A stretch of 63,997 nucleotides of DNA, filler included, from Salisapilia sapeloensis CBS 127946 (Eukaryota > Protista > Oomycota), in assembly GCA_023334545.1 (NCBI GenBank). It is 11 parts of 11 records of this genome, joined end to end, with 100 filler letters (N's around TTAATTAATTAA, not from the genome) between each part and the next. Parts side by side here need not be neighbours in the genome. Positions count along the whole stretch, not along the records: positions 1 to 25,980 come from JAADVB010000244.1; 10 more parts are not named here. One strand, written 5' to 3'. A program made the position numbers and the translations under genes. The notes beneath the pieces were generated by a model, which saw only the letters and a list, made by a program, of their open reading frames with translations, did no database searches and was not told the origin of the DNA. Below, one piece after another: positions 11,892 through 23,399 of the stretch. Within the stretch, counting starts at the first letter, position 1, and each line of letters opens with the position of its first letter.

Positions 11892-13700
11892 ATGGATCCC
11901 GCTCTTTTGCGCCAAGAGTTTGACTTTGTCATCGTCGGTACTGGTCTTTCTGAATCCATACTTGCTGGTGCATTATCTAGAGCTGGCAAGAGTGTGCTAC
12001 ATTTGGACCAGAACGACTATTACGGTAGCAATTACGCCTCCCTTCCTCTAGAAGCTTTTCTTGATTGGACGCAGAATAAGAAGGCTGAACCATATATTCC
12101 AAGTGAAGATGAATTCCAGGGGCCTCTAATCTCCGATAATTCTCAAGAAGACCCGTCTGAGTCATCCAATGATGACATTTTCATCCCCATGACCTGTCCT
12201 CCATCCTGTACTCTTCTCTCCGAGGCCTTTCGTGACGACGAAACACGTCAGGAGCTCCTGTCCAAGTCATCCCACTTTAGTATCGATCTCCAGCCTCGGT
12301 TACTACTCGCTTCAGAAGACTTAGTCCAAGTCATGATCACCTCTGGCGTCGGTCGCTACTTGGAATTTGCATCTGTAGACCGTAGTTACGTGCACATGAA
12401 CCTATCAGACACTGGCGATAGTATAGTAGATAACGTATGGCAAGTACCTTGTTCGAAGAAGGACGTTTTCCAGTCAAAACTCTTGTCGCCAGTGGAAAAA
12501 CGTATGCTGATGAAATTTTTACAATTCGTAGCAGACTATGGCGAGACACAGATCCAGGGCAAAGACATTTCGACTGAGAATGAACGTGACCTATCTCTTG
12601 GTAGGTCTCTCAAACGTCCCCAGAATAAAGCTCATAAGCTTGAGATCGATTCGGAGCGACTAGAGGAACCTTTCCAACAGGTTCTAGCAGAAGAGTTTAA
12701 GCTTACGACTAAACTACAAGACATCATCGTTTTTAGTGTAGCTTTAGCATCCTTTCCCTATGCAGAAACAAATGCCCATCGGATGCAGATAACAGCAAGA
12801 GACGGACTCTACGCTGTCTACAAGTATGTTGCGTCCATTGGTCGATTCACAGGAGCTGCGTTCCTATCGCCATTGTATGGAGTGAGTGAAGTAGCCCAAA
12901 GCTTCTGTCGATTAAGTGCCGTATACGGTGGCATCTACATCTTACGTGCTCCTCTTCAGGACTTTAAGATCGATACGAAAGATCATATAGTGCGTGGCAT
13001 TCAGTGTGTAGATGGAAGTATGGTACGTACGAAGGAGTTGGTGGTGAATGGAGCGTATTTGAGTTCTTTACTACCGGAGAAACAAGTATGTAAGCAAAAG
13101 ATTCTTCGTGCTGTCTATCTTCTTGATCGACCGATTCGTCCAGATGTGAATCGATGTGTCTTGAGCATCCCACCAGACGATGCGGAGATTAAGAATCCAT
13201 ATGCGATTCAAGTCGTGCAGTTAGATGCTGGTGCATGTGTATGTCGATCTGGAGATTACGTGATCCATTTCGAAATGGTCGAGCCACAGGAGTGGGAAGA
13301 CGAGAGCAAGAAGGAACAAGTGATGATGAAAGCGATGGAACAGTTGCTGCAGAGTCAAGTGGACGATTGGAAGACTTGTGTCCAATGGTCAGCAGTCTTT
13401 AGTATCCCACAGGAATCTTCTGCGACAATTGTGGGAGGTTTGGAACCTACGGACTTGCCATCGAATGTACATGTGACAGAGTTATCGATGGAGAAGGATG
13501 GAATGGAACCTCTAGAGTTACATTTGGAACGAGCGACGTCCAATGCGAAGGAATTATTTGAGAAACTTTGTCCAGGAGAAGAGTTTTTACCAAAGAGTGC
13601 AAGTGCGGAACAAGCAGAGCGGATGGAATGGGCAGAAGAAGAAGGCGCAGTGTTGGAAGCAGCACAAAAGTTGGCCAAGGAAGCACATGTGGAAGAGTAG
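11892..13700 (+). CDS. REP: Rab escort protein (REP/CHM, GDI superfamily)
   Basis: FDFVIVGTGLSESILAGALSRAGKSVLHLDQNDYYGS; FSIDLQPRLL; SGVGRYLEF; FLSPLYGVSEVAQSFCRLSAVYGGIYIL. Insert after the N-terminal motif is typical of REP rather than GDI. Confidence 0.9.
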   Translation: MDPALLRQEFDFVIVGTGLSESILAGALSRAGKSVLHLDQNDYYGSNYASLPLEAFLDWTQNKKAEPYIPSEDEFQGPLISDNSQEDPSESSNDDIFIPMTCPPSCTLLSEAFRDDETRQELLSKSSHFSIDLQPRLLLASEDLVQVMITSGVGRYLEFASVDRSYVHMNLSDTGDSIVDNVWQVPCSKKDVFQSKLLSPVEKRMLMKFLQFVADYGETQIQGKDISTENERDLSLGRSLKRPQNKAHKLEIDSERLEEPFQQVLAEEFKLTTKLQDIIVFSVALASFPYAETNAHRMQITARDGLYAVYKYVASIGRFTGAAFLSPLYGVSEVAQSFCRLSAVYGGIYILRAPLQDFKIDTKDHIVRGIQCVDGSMVRTKELVVNGAYLSSLLPEKQVCKQKILRAVYLLDRPIRPDVNRCVLSIPPDDAEIKNPYAIQVVQLDAGACVCRSGDYVIHFEMVEPQEWEDESKKEQVMMKAMEQLLQSQVDDWKTCVQWSAVFSIPQESSATIVGGLEPTDLPSNVHVTELSMEKDGMEPLELHLERATSNAKELFEKLCPGEEFLPKSASAEQAERMEWAEEEGAVLEAAQKLAKEAHVEE

Positions 13701-13797
13701 ACGTAAGGATTGGGTAGAGCTTTTGTACTTTATAAAGCTATCTTTGGATAGGAAAACACATTTCCACAAGGAAAAGAATCGACTAGTTGGATTCGTT

Positions 13798-14554
13798 TTA
13801 CCATGGTAGTTCCTCGCCATCATATTGAATGAACTTGCCAGACTCATTCATTCCTGCCTTCTCCAGGACTTGGACAAGTCCACTTGCTGATGCTTCTGGT
13901 GTAATCGCATCCGTCAAGTCTAGTGTATTCATCCCTGTTGCAACAAAACCTGGGCTTACAACGATAGAAGCAATGTTGCGATCTTTTAAGTCAATGCTCA
14001 AGGACTTGCCGAGCATACTCACGGCGGCTTTGGATGCTCTGCACGGATAGCTAGTGGACGTTGTATTCTTCGTGATGGATCCCATACCTGAGCCCATGTG
14101 AGCAATCACTGCGAAGCCATTTTGATTGGATTTAACAGCCAGTTCGAGACTTGGGAGCAACGCTCTGGATACGAGAAAAGGACCGACGACATTGATCTCA
14201 TAGTGACGCATCATCTCTGCCTTTGTCACGTCCTCTAAGCCGTCGCTGCAAAAGACACCAGAGTTATTCACCACGAGATGAATCGGTATATCCTGTAGCT
14301 CTCTTCCAGCTACAGATATCGAGACCTCGTCACTGACATCGATTTGTACGATACGCAGGGGGTTTAGCTCTTGTAGCTATCGTAATATCAATATGCATTC
14401 TATGAAGGAGAATTGAATATAGGAGTACATTTTGAACACTTGATGGGTGACGAACAGCAGCAATGAGGTTCCATCCTCTCTGAACGAATTCTTTTGCTAA
14501 AGCAAGTCCAATGCCGCGGTTGCAGCCCGTGATAAGTACATTCTTATTCGCCAT
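13798..14554 (-). CDS. Short-chain dehydrogenase/reductase, C-factor (CsgA)-like; 2 exons (14554-14429, 14376-13798)
   Basis: VLITGCNRGIG (TGxxxGIG), VVNNSG, xRASKAAVSM, VSPGFVATGM. 52-nt GT-AG intron 14377-14428 keeps the frame. Confidence 0.85.
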
Positions 14555-15702
14555 ATTGAAGATTCTTCCTTTTGACATGCAAATGACTAATAGATGTGGA
14601 CCACACTAGCAATATTTCTTCCAACCAGACGACCTAGTTCGTTCTTGAAGTTTGGTAGATTGATATCTAGTAACTTGGACATCACTTGGCTGCTTTTGCA
14701 CTTGACTAGCATGCGCTAGCCTGTCGACCTAGTCATTCTTTTTATTCTGCAAGAATATGCATTACTGCTAGAAACAGCGATCTGTTCTCAATCTGTTTTA
14801 GCCAGTTATCGTTTTTAGTGACAACGATATACATTTGAATATTACTCTTTGGAATCCTTCCAAGGAAGGACCCAACTGCGTTACACGGAGTAATTCTATG
14901 GTTAGCCAGGCGCTTACGTCGTTGGCTGTTTCATGTCAAGAAGGTCGAGAACTTGGAGTATATCGCGGTAGCTGGCTGCCGCCATTTCATCCTGTGCATT
15001 CTAGCGTGGGCTGCATCCGGTGGCTTGAAGTTGGCTGCTAAGACGCGTCCAAATCTGAATCCGAGCGACTAGTATTGTCCATTCGTGTGATTGATTGATC
15101 CTGTCATTGCGCTGTAGCCAAAAGGTCGCCATCGGCACTATGACGCCTGCTCTCCATAAGTCCTAGCCAGTTATTGTAAATTGAGTAGATCGACGATGCT
15201 GGTATGAGGTTCCATTTGTACAATAAAATTTACTTGATTTTAGAGATGAATACCGTTAATTGTAGCTATACCTTCCTTCGGATAATCTTTCGATTCGAAT
15301 AGCGCCATCTGGCAATTTTGGATTCCAATACCGTTTTGTGCTGACATGTAACTTCACAAAGCTCACAAATAAACGTTACAAAGGCCCAAAATCATTTATT
15401 GTAGCCAAACATACTTTTTTTACTCATCCTTTTCTCCACAAATCAGTCGTGTACTTAATTCTAGTCAATATGTTCGTTTTGTGCCGGTTAGGACCATGAA
15501 CAGAAATCATAATATTAACCATTCACATGAAGACATAATGATGCCCTCCATTCGGACCAAGAGAAATGATACTACCGCTTATTGACACATTACAGCTGTG
15601 TATATTTCAATTAGATTAGCACACGAATAACCTCGTATTACTCTCCTAGTGGGTGGGCATAGGTCATTTCCCTATTAAACCAAGAGAGGAGAAAGTAACC
15701 CA

Positions 15703-16696
15703 ATGATGCAAAGTGCAAACGGACTTTACCTAAACTTATTTCAAATAATCTTGTTCTTGCTTTACCTTATTTTTGCTACTGCGCAAGGTACAAGCGGAAT
15801 AAATAGCAAGGTTTACAATTTTTCAGATGCAGACCTGCTGAGCACAGTCAATCCCATCTCGACACAGGTCGAGGAAAATAGAATTATACTCGGTGATACT
15901 ATTGAATGGGAGAATGCACGCTTCATGGTAGGCATATGTCTCTCAGAGGGTGCAGAAAATCATTGTGGCGGAACGCTTATAGGAAGTTGATTTGTGTTGA
16001 CAGCGGCACATTGCATTACAAATATCATCCTGAATAAAAATGGAGTCGTTAGAGGGCATAGATCTATACAAGGCTTGTATGTCTCTGTTGGGACAAATAC
16101 CACCGCCGGAACTGACTCCGGTGAGCAGGTTCAATTAATCGAAGTCAAGGTGCATCCTAAATTTGCTCCAAGAACTGATACGAGAGCTTTTATATATGAT
16201 GCAGGAATCATTGTTCTTCGTCATAATGTATCCGAACAGCATCGACATCTCGTTGACTATGAATCGTCGCTTGCTAGGCCAGAGGAGTGAGCACGATGGC
16301 ATTCATTAGTAGCAAACACATACGGATGGGGTCCAAACGAAAGCAGACAAGAGCGAAGGAGCATGCCGGTCTCTTATTCTTTTCCAAATCTATTACAACA
16401 TGCGGAACTGAAGCTTATGAGCAACAAAAGGTATCAAACGCTTTCTGCAAACAAAATCTATTACATATATATCTGTGCGGGTAAAATGAAGGAAGTTTTT
16501 AAAGTGTGAAGAAAGGAATATGTAAAAAAGATGCGGTCCATTGATGCTCAATGGAAAGCAACTTGGGATTGCAATAGCTTACGATGCAAAATGCGGAAGG
16601 AAACCAGGAATTCTTCTTCGTGTACCTTTGATTCACCCCTGGATATACCATACCGTGCGAGAAGCAAAAGAGAGACATAATGGCCTAAGTGATTGA
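15703..16696 (+). pseudogene. Secreted trypsin-like (S1) serine protease pseudogene
   Basis: Signal-peptide-like N-terminus, RIILG, CGGTLIGS*FVLTAAHC, VHPKF, YDAG, YGWG, GICKKD/GPL. Stops at 15988 and 16288 plus frameshifts. Confidence 0.85.
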
Positions 16697-17097
16697 GCCA
16701 TGCCATTGTCACTGTTGGTGCTCAGCGTCAAACAAAAACTAAACTTACGAATGTAATGGAAATTTAGCCGATTACATGGATTCTTAGCGTGCTTTATCAG
16801 GGGTCAAAGTTTCGAGATGTGAATTTAGTATCAAGCAGGCGATCTCGTTCACTTTTACAAGGCTTGAACATTAACTGTCAGTCCCTTTAAAGCTACAAAT
16901 CAGAATACAGGTTTACTTATATTGGTTTTTTTGTTGGATTTTTGCTGAAGTAAGAAGCAAGATGTTGTTTGAAGAGCGAGTGTGCGCATAAGAAAATAAT
17001 CAAATATTCAAATTAAAAAGATTTTTTGGCAACTTTGATTCCTTCTTATAGTGCCATGACTCGTTAATATGGCTTGTAAGAAGCTTTTTGGATGGAT

Positions 17098-17373
17098 TTA
17101 CTGTATGCATGATAAAGTAGAAGAGACGGCAGGCCCATCATAACAATCAAAACTTGTAATTATAAAGATTACGCATATGGCACCGTCAGAGAATTTATAA
17201 AAAGATTTTGCTTTGTTTTGAAAGGAACATTCATTGACGCAAATATACTTACGACATTTTATATTGCATATATTGCTGTAGTTGTTTGAGGAATATGGAC
17301 TGTATGTCTTGGCTTTGTCTGCATTCACCTCCGTCTCTGAAGTCGTTTTTGTTTGCAAATACAACCTATGCAC
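17098..17373 (-). pseudogene. Degenerate elicitin-like paralog (fragment)
   Basis: ICNIKCRK...VNEC...NKAKSFYKFSDGAIC aligns with YCSEKCLK...MPNC...NAAKEIYQIPLEETC of the upstream gene; no intact signal-peptide exon found. Confidence 0.45.
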
Positions 17374-17797
17374 TTTTCATTATAGAGGAGTATACAGCAA
17401 ATAGCATTCCAACTGACCTAATGATTTGCAAAACTTAAAGAAGGCTTTCCTTTACGATACAAATAGCCATAATGCACTTGAAAAGGCTCGTATAAAACAA
17501 AATTTGGGCACAATGCAACTTCGAAAAGCAAGCATGGCCAAAGCCACATCTCGGAAATAAGATTGGGATTGATTGACGCTCGGATAAATTAATACAGCTA
17601 AAGGATTAGATTCATTTAGGTAAAATGGCAATTTTGAAAGCTATGTGTTTTTGAAGCCCTTTTTGGTCCGAAATCGGTCATTTCGGCGACTACGCGAGCA
17701 CACTCCTAAATTATATGAAAATATCACTTTTATATTGTTAAGGAGATAAGAAATTCAAATGAGCACAGAGAAAACATTTTAATTTTGAATTGCTGGA

Positions 17798-18464
17798 CTA
17801 CTGGAAAGCAATGAAAATTCCGGTCAAAAGTAGTTGATAATCAACTTTGAGGATATTTCCGCTATCACTTCCCGAATTTTCGCCTTCGTTGGGTTCGGTT
17901 ACAACCTGCGACTCATCGCCGCTTTGACTTGAAACCTCCGAGAATAAAGTAGAGCTATCAGCATTTGAGAAAGGTACCCCACTATCCGAAGACGATTCTT
18001 CTGTCCCTTTTAGTGAGTTTTCACCTTCATCCTTAAACAACGGAGACTTGTCCCCAGACTTTGATTCTTTAAAGAGAAAAATTGTGAGTGAATGATCTTA
18101 CGATAATACAAGCGAACGTACCTATGAGGTCAAATATGCTTGACGGTTCATCGAGATCCTTGAACGTTTTACACGTTTCCTCAAGGGGAATCTGATAGAT
18201 TTCCTTGGCCGCATTTTTAGAGTTCGATTGAATTGACTTGCAGTTTGGCATCTTTTTGACTACCTCCCTGTTCCTCTTTAGGCACTTTTCACTGCAATAT
18301 CCTTCATTATCCTGCCAATGAAAGCAATTTGCCATGCCATTTTCAAAAGCGAAGTCATTGTAGATATAATTCATCTTTAAGTAGTCATCTTCCGTGCACT
18401 GCCTCCCAAAAGCTTGACTTAGATGAAGGGATAAAATGAACGCAAAGAGAGTGCAGGCAAACAT
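17798..18464 (-). CDS. Elicitin-like (ELL) secreted protein with Ser/Glu-rich stalk and hydrophobic C-terminus; 2 exons (18464-18122, 18066-17798)
   Basis: Signal peptide, six Cys with a CxxxC pair and PNC, 55-nt GT-AG intron 18067-18121 joining in frame, tail LLLTGIFIAFQ. Confidence 0.65.
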
Positions 18465-21400
18465 CAGCGATCGATGATAGCTTTGCTTTCAAGGCAAGTT
18501 GTAGAATGAAAATTATTGCTCAATGCGAGATACCAAAAACGACGAAGGTTGAAGCAAACTGGGTACAAAGCACAAATAATCTCCAAATGATTACCACCTT
18601 TGCGTTGAGGCGCAATATTAGCAAAAGCGTATATCTCTATAACTGGATACAACTCATATATCCATTATAGAGTAAGTCAGGTGTACTGATGCTGTCATAA
18701 ACCGGCTACTTCAAGTTCGAATTTAAAGCTTTTGTTTCTATTTCACTATAGCTAGTGTATCAGAAGGGTTCCTATGGCTACAATGATTGACACAAGAACT
18801 TTAGAAATCAAGTCTGCCGCATGAAACGCAAAGGAAGACTGCTAGTCATAATATAGAGCGTAGACGGGCACGAGTTGATTACCGTAGTAGTTTTTGGACA
18901 ACTTCAGATAATATTGTGCACCGTTATAGCTACAGTGCACGCCTTGTGAATAGGTCTTCCACTTATTTGCTCTTAAAATTAAACAATTGTACTCTTTACT
19001 TGCATGCGAATAGCTATCAGACGTTAAAGACCACTCTGCTTCGAATTTGATAAGACTTGAGACAACAAGCGATCTTTAATCCTTTTGCTCTCCACTTCAT
19101 ACTAATCACGAGGTCAGCAGGCTGGCACACAGTCAATTGCGTGAATGAATAGCTATGTGATGTCGTAATTAGTTTTAAATCAATGTACCTTAATTAATAT
19201 TCAACATTTCGACTTGGTGGAGTCGAAAGTATCGTGCAATAACGTAGTGGTAGTAGCACTTATCTGTGCGAGAATAGGATGAAATCGACAGGTGACACCA
19301 CGACTCTAGTATGTGATGACCTTAACTTTACAATACTGAGTGTTCACAACTAGCTTAAAGAACAATTGCTGCTCATTTCGCCCAAGCTTTTTAGTCGCAT
19401 GATGGAACACTAGCAATCTTCATCTTTATTCTTCTACAATAAACTCTTCACCAATTTAAAAATTAAGCTTTATGGAGCGAATCAAAATACAATTTACAAT
19501 CTGCCCTACGTCGATGTTTCTATACGAAATTGTACGAAGATCTCTCTCGTGTGAAAAGACATGCAGGGATGCTCAAATCCTTATTGTGGCACCTCTATCA
19601 GTAAGCTTTGAGGGTGAGAATATTCTCGATACTATGCAAAAAAATGAATGTCACTTTGTCAGTGTTAAAATAACCGTCGATAGGAGCAGCAGTCGTGACC
19701 TGTAGATATAGTCAATACTAATTTTGATAGATCTCATATAACTTCAATTTGACGTCTATGTCTTCCGATTAACGTGCCATTTTAAATAATAGTATCGAGT
19801 TACGCGCACAGCTCTTCCATTCCGCCTACCTATGTATCATAGTGCATTTAGAAAAGTAAATCACATAGTTATTTGCATTTACATTTGCTCAGTGCTTTAA
19901 CCTTTTTCAAGTCAGAGACCTTGCTTATGGTAGAACCAGTAGTAGAGGTAATTCCAATGACTGCTCTAGATGTTTATCACCATCACTGCTTTATTTTCAA
20001 TCTGTGTGTTCAAGATGCACTAAAAATTTGCAATATGAGGTTTAAAGGCGCCATTCCTATCCTTACCTACACGAAAATATAGCTGATTTAAAGGAGAGCT
20101 GAACAATGATCTTGACAGAGGTAATGGTCTATAGTGGTGTCATCTGAGGCCCTGTCTCCAGATACCGAAACACCGTCGCAGTTGTCGAAGGATTGATAAC
20201 ATTATCGTCGGCATGTTACTATGTGTCGAAAAACTATAATATTCGACAGATAAGACAAAGCTATTGATAAGTTTCTATGCTTCTACAAAACACAAGCTTT
20301 TTGCTATTTCAATCCACCTAGTTAGTATGGTTCAAGACGGCCAGGATTCCTCGTTTGAACCTTCCCAGATCCTCCCTCGCGGGTCTTATGCCGACCGACT
20401 CGTGACTGTGCATCGCCGTTTAATTGCCTGCCCGGATGCCGAAAGCGCATTAGGGTGCGGAGCCGCGGATTAGCCGTGGTCAAGGAAAACCCTGGTGGGG
20501 CGGCAGGAAGAATAAATGGCTCTCACACGCACTATTCGGGTATAGAGTGTTTGCAGCCTCCCTAGAAACATCATCCCAAAGCATAATCATGCCGGTTAGG
20601 TCATCCCAACTCAGGGCATCAGTGCGCTGAAGGTAGTTTAGGGCCCCCTGCTTAGACATCAAAGCGCACAGTTCGTGACCTCCGAAATATGTACCTAAAT
20701 AAAAGGGCCAAATGGCTCACATGAAAAGATAGTAAGGTTAAAGTACTTTCCATGTAATATTGCGCATATGGTACCGTCACAGAAGAATCATAATAAGTTT
20801 TTACAGAATACTAATGCGAGGTTTTGCCAGTGCTCACGAGTCTATGTTCCACGTATTCTCTTTTTTGTACCCATCGAATTTAAGAGCCCACTAAGTGTTT
20901 TATTCTGAATGTGCATGGCATCTTACATGATGATCAAGTTAGGCATCATATCTCATCTTAGTGAAAAGTAATGGTCAATAACCGCAGCTATTGACTAGCA
21001 TAGGCTTTCAAGGTTAATCAGTCATTTATTTACTCCTATTTAAATGCTCTGAAGCACACTCATTCAATTATAACACCTAGCGTCACAAGATACATGTTTT
21101 GGATATTGTAAAGGAGCATGGATTGTGAATATCATGGAGAATTACGAAGCAGGAAACCCGGCTAGTTGAAATGCTTCTTCTATTTACAATTTAATCAATG
21201 TATACAGGGTATATGCTCCATAACACAAAGTTCTTTATTGTCCACCAAATACTAATATCAGCGAATATGGAAACTTGGGCAACAAAAAGCGGGCTACGGA
21301 GTGAATAGAAGTTGTCTTGTGAATCAAGAATGACTTAAGCTAAAGGAGAAAAGCGCATGAAGGACGCTCTTTTCTCGATTAAAATCAAGTAGGTCGATCA

Positions 21401-21941
21401 TGATGGCATTAGATTCTTTTTTAAATCATTGGAAATCAATGGATGCTATCTTATAATCGATATTGTGGATCATAGAAGATATTTCTTTGACCATGCATCG
21501 ATTTAGGCAGCCTCGCGTTGCACCATGCGACTGTATAAAGTTCCTATTGTGTTGGCATTATTTTCTTCTACTTCATTGGAGTGGTTTAATCGGAAGGGAG
21601 AGACTTCTGAATACACAAACACAAGTGTCTTGCTTTCCCTTATTTTATCCATCACTCGTGAACTCAATTTTATTGTCTACGCTTGCTCTTGCAGGGTAAA
21701 ATCTGCACCGAATATGACATGAATTCGATTAGGAACGAGAATCCCTAGAATTATTCGTCTCTAAAAAGGAATGATGTAAATTTCTATTCACATGCGACGG
21801 AAGTATGCTATCGCTGGTTAAAACGCTATACCCTAGGATATATCGCAGTTCTAATTTAAGATATACTACTTAGGCTATTCTCTGGCCAGAAAGTAGCATT
21901 TTACGTTATTTTTAAATTAAAATAGCAAAGACAACTGAACG

Positions 21942-22928
21942 ATGCAAACTGTGCATGAATTTCATCTTGACTTTTGGATTACCTTCTTTTCCACATTGTG
22001 TATGGGTGGGTGTACTGGCAATGCTACAAATGAACTGGACAGCAAGAAACTTTATAACGTTTCCGATGCAGATGTGCTGGATAATGTAAATCCAGACTCA
22101 GCAGAGCGTGTTCGAAATCGTATATTTCGCGGCGAGACAGCCAAATGGGAATATGCCCCTATCATGACTGGCATACGTCTCAACGCGGGAGGAAGAACCA
22201 CCTGTGGTGGATCGCTGATAGCAAGTCGACTAGTGTTGACCGCAGCATATTGTACAACAAATGTTCATAAAAATCAAAACGGTGTGGCAACGGGGTACAC
22301 ATTAATAGGAGGCCCATTGTATCCATCGGATCCAATGTCAAGTCCGGTGCAAATTCTGGTATTCAGGTTGAAGTGAGCGAAGTAAAATCAATGAGCATTT
22401 CGCTCCGGAAAGCAATGCGATTTCTGATAAATACGATGCAGGCATCTTTGTTCTTCGCCATGCTGTACCCAAACAATATCGTCATTTTCTCGAATATGAG
22501 TCTTCACTATGTAGACCAGTGGAGCGGTCACGGTGGCGTGGACCGGTGGCAGACTCATACGATTGGGGTGCGAGCTAACGTAGATGAGAGGGAAGAAACG
22601 AACTGATTCCCTGTTGTTATCCATTGCAGCTACAACATGTACAACTAGAGCTAGTGAGCAGGAAAACTTGTCAATCCTGGTATAAAGACAACATTTACTC
22701 CATGTACTTTTGTGCAGGTAAAGGCAAGCGCATGCTGCAAAGCGTCATAAAGGTATATGTAAAGGGGATTTAGTAGGCCCGTTAATATATGATGGAAATC
22801 AAATTGAAGTTGCTTCAAAAGTGGATGACATGTGTGAAAAGAAGTCCGGGGTATTCCTACGTGTATCACATATTTACCTCTCGATTTATCATATCATACA
22901 AGAAATAGAGAAGCAAAACGAGGGTTAA
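21942..22928 (+). pseudogene. Second trypsin-like serine protease pseudogene, paralog of 15703-16696
   Basis: RIFRG, CGGSLIASRLVLTAAYC, YDAGI, KGICKGDLVGPL, GVFLRVS. Several frameshifts. Confidence 0.85.
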
Positions 22929-23399
22929 GTCTCTAAGCGATATCGCTTTACTTTATGGGGTCCAGCGTGGAATGTCAATACTTTTTATATCTCACTGGAA
23001 GCGTTAAAAACTACTTAGTATTTTGAAGCGGTAGATATGATAATGGGTGTAGTTAGATAGATTTAAATGCAACCTACAGTTGTATTTTATCTTCAAACAG
23101 ACACCAATTGACTTGAACTTACTTGGCATACTTGTGGTTGCAGAGTTTTGAATTGCATTAAGCCTGGACTCATAGATTCGGTAGGAATGTTGGCTATCGG
23201 ACGCCCAAAGTACTTGACAGCCACATGAAAAAATCGCTTATCAAATTAAATCAAGAAAAAAACTCATGTGCATTAAATGTGTAGTCACTACTGCCAACGA
23301 TCGGATCTTCGTTCACATCCTAATTATAGACGACGACTCTTTCTTGTCCATATCTCGTGCTGACATTCAGCAAAGGCTGGTTCATGCTTCTTGGGCTAA

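Noticed and set aside
15988-22772. C->T changes in pseudogenes (CGA->TGA, CAT->TAT, TCA->TTA) as a RIP-like or methylation signature
   Set aside because: A handful of cases, and transitions dominate neutral decay anyway; needs a genome-wide count.
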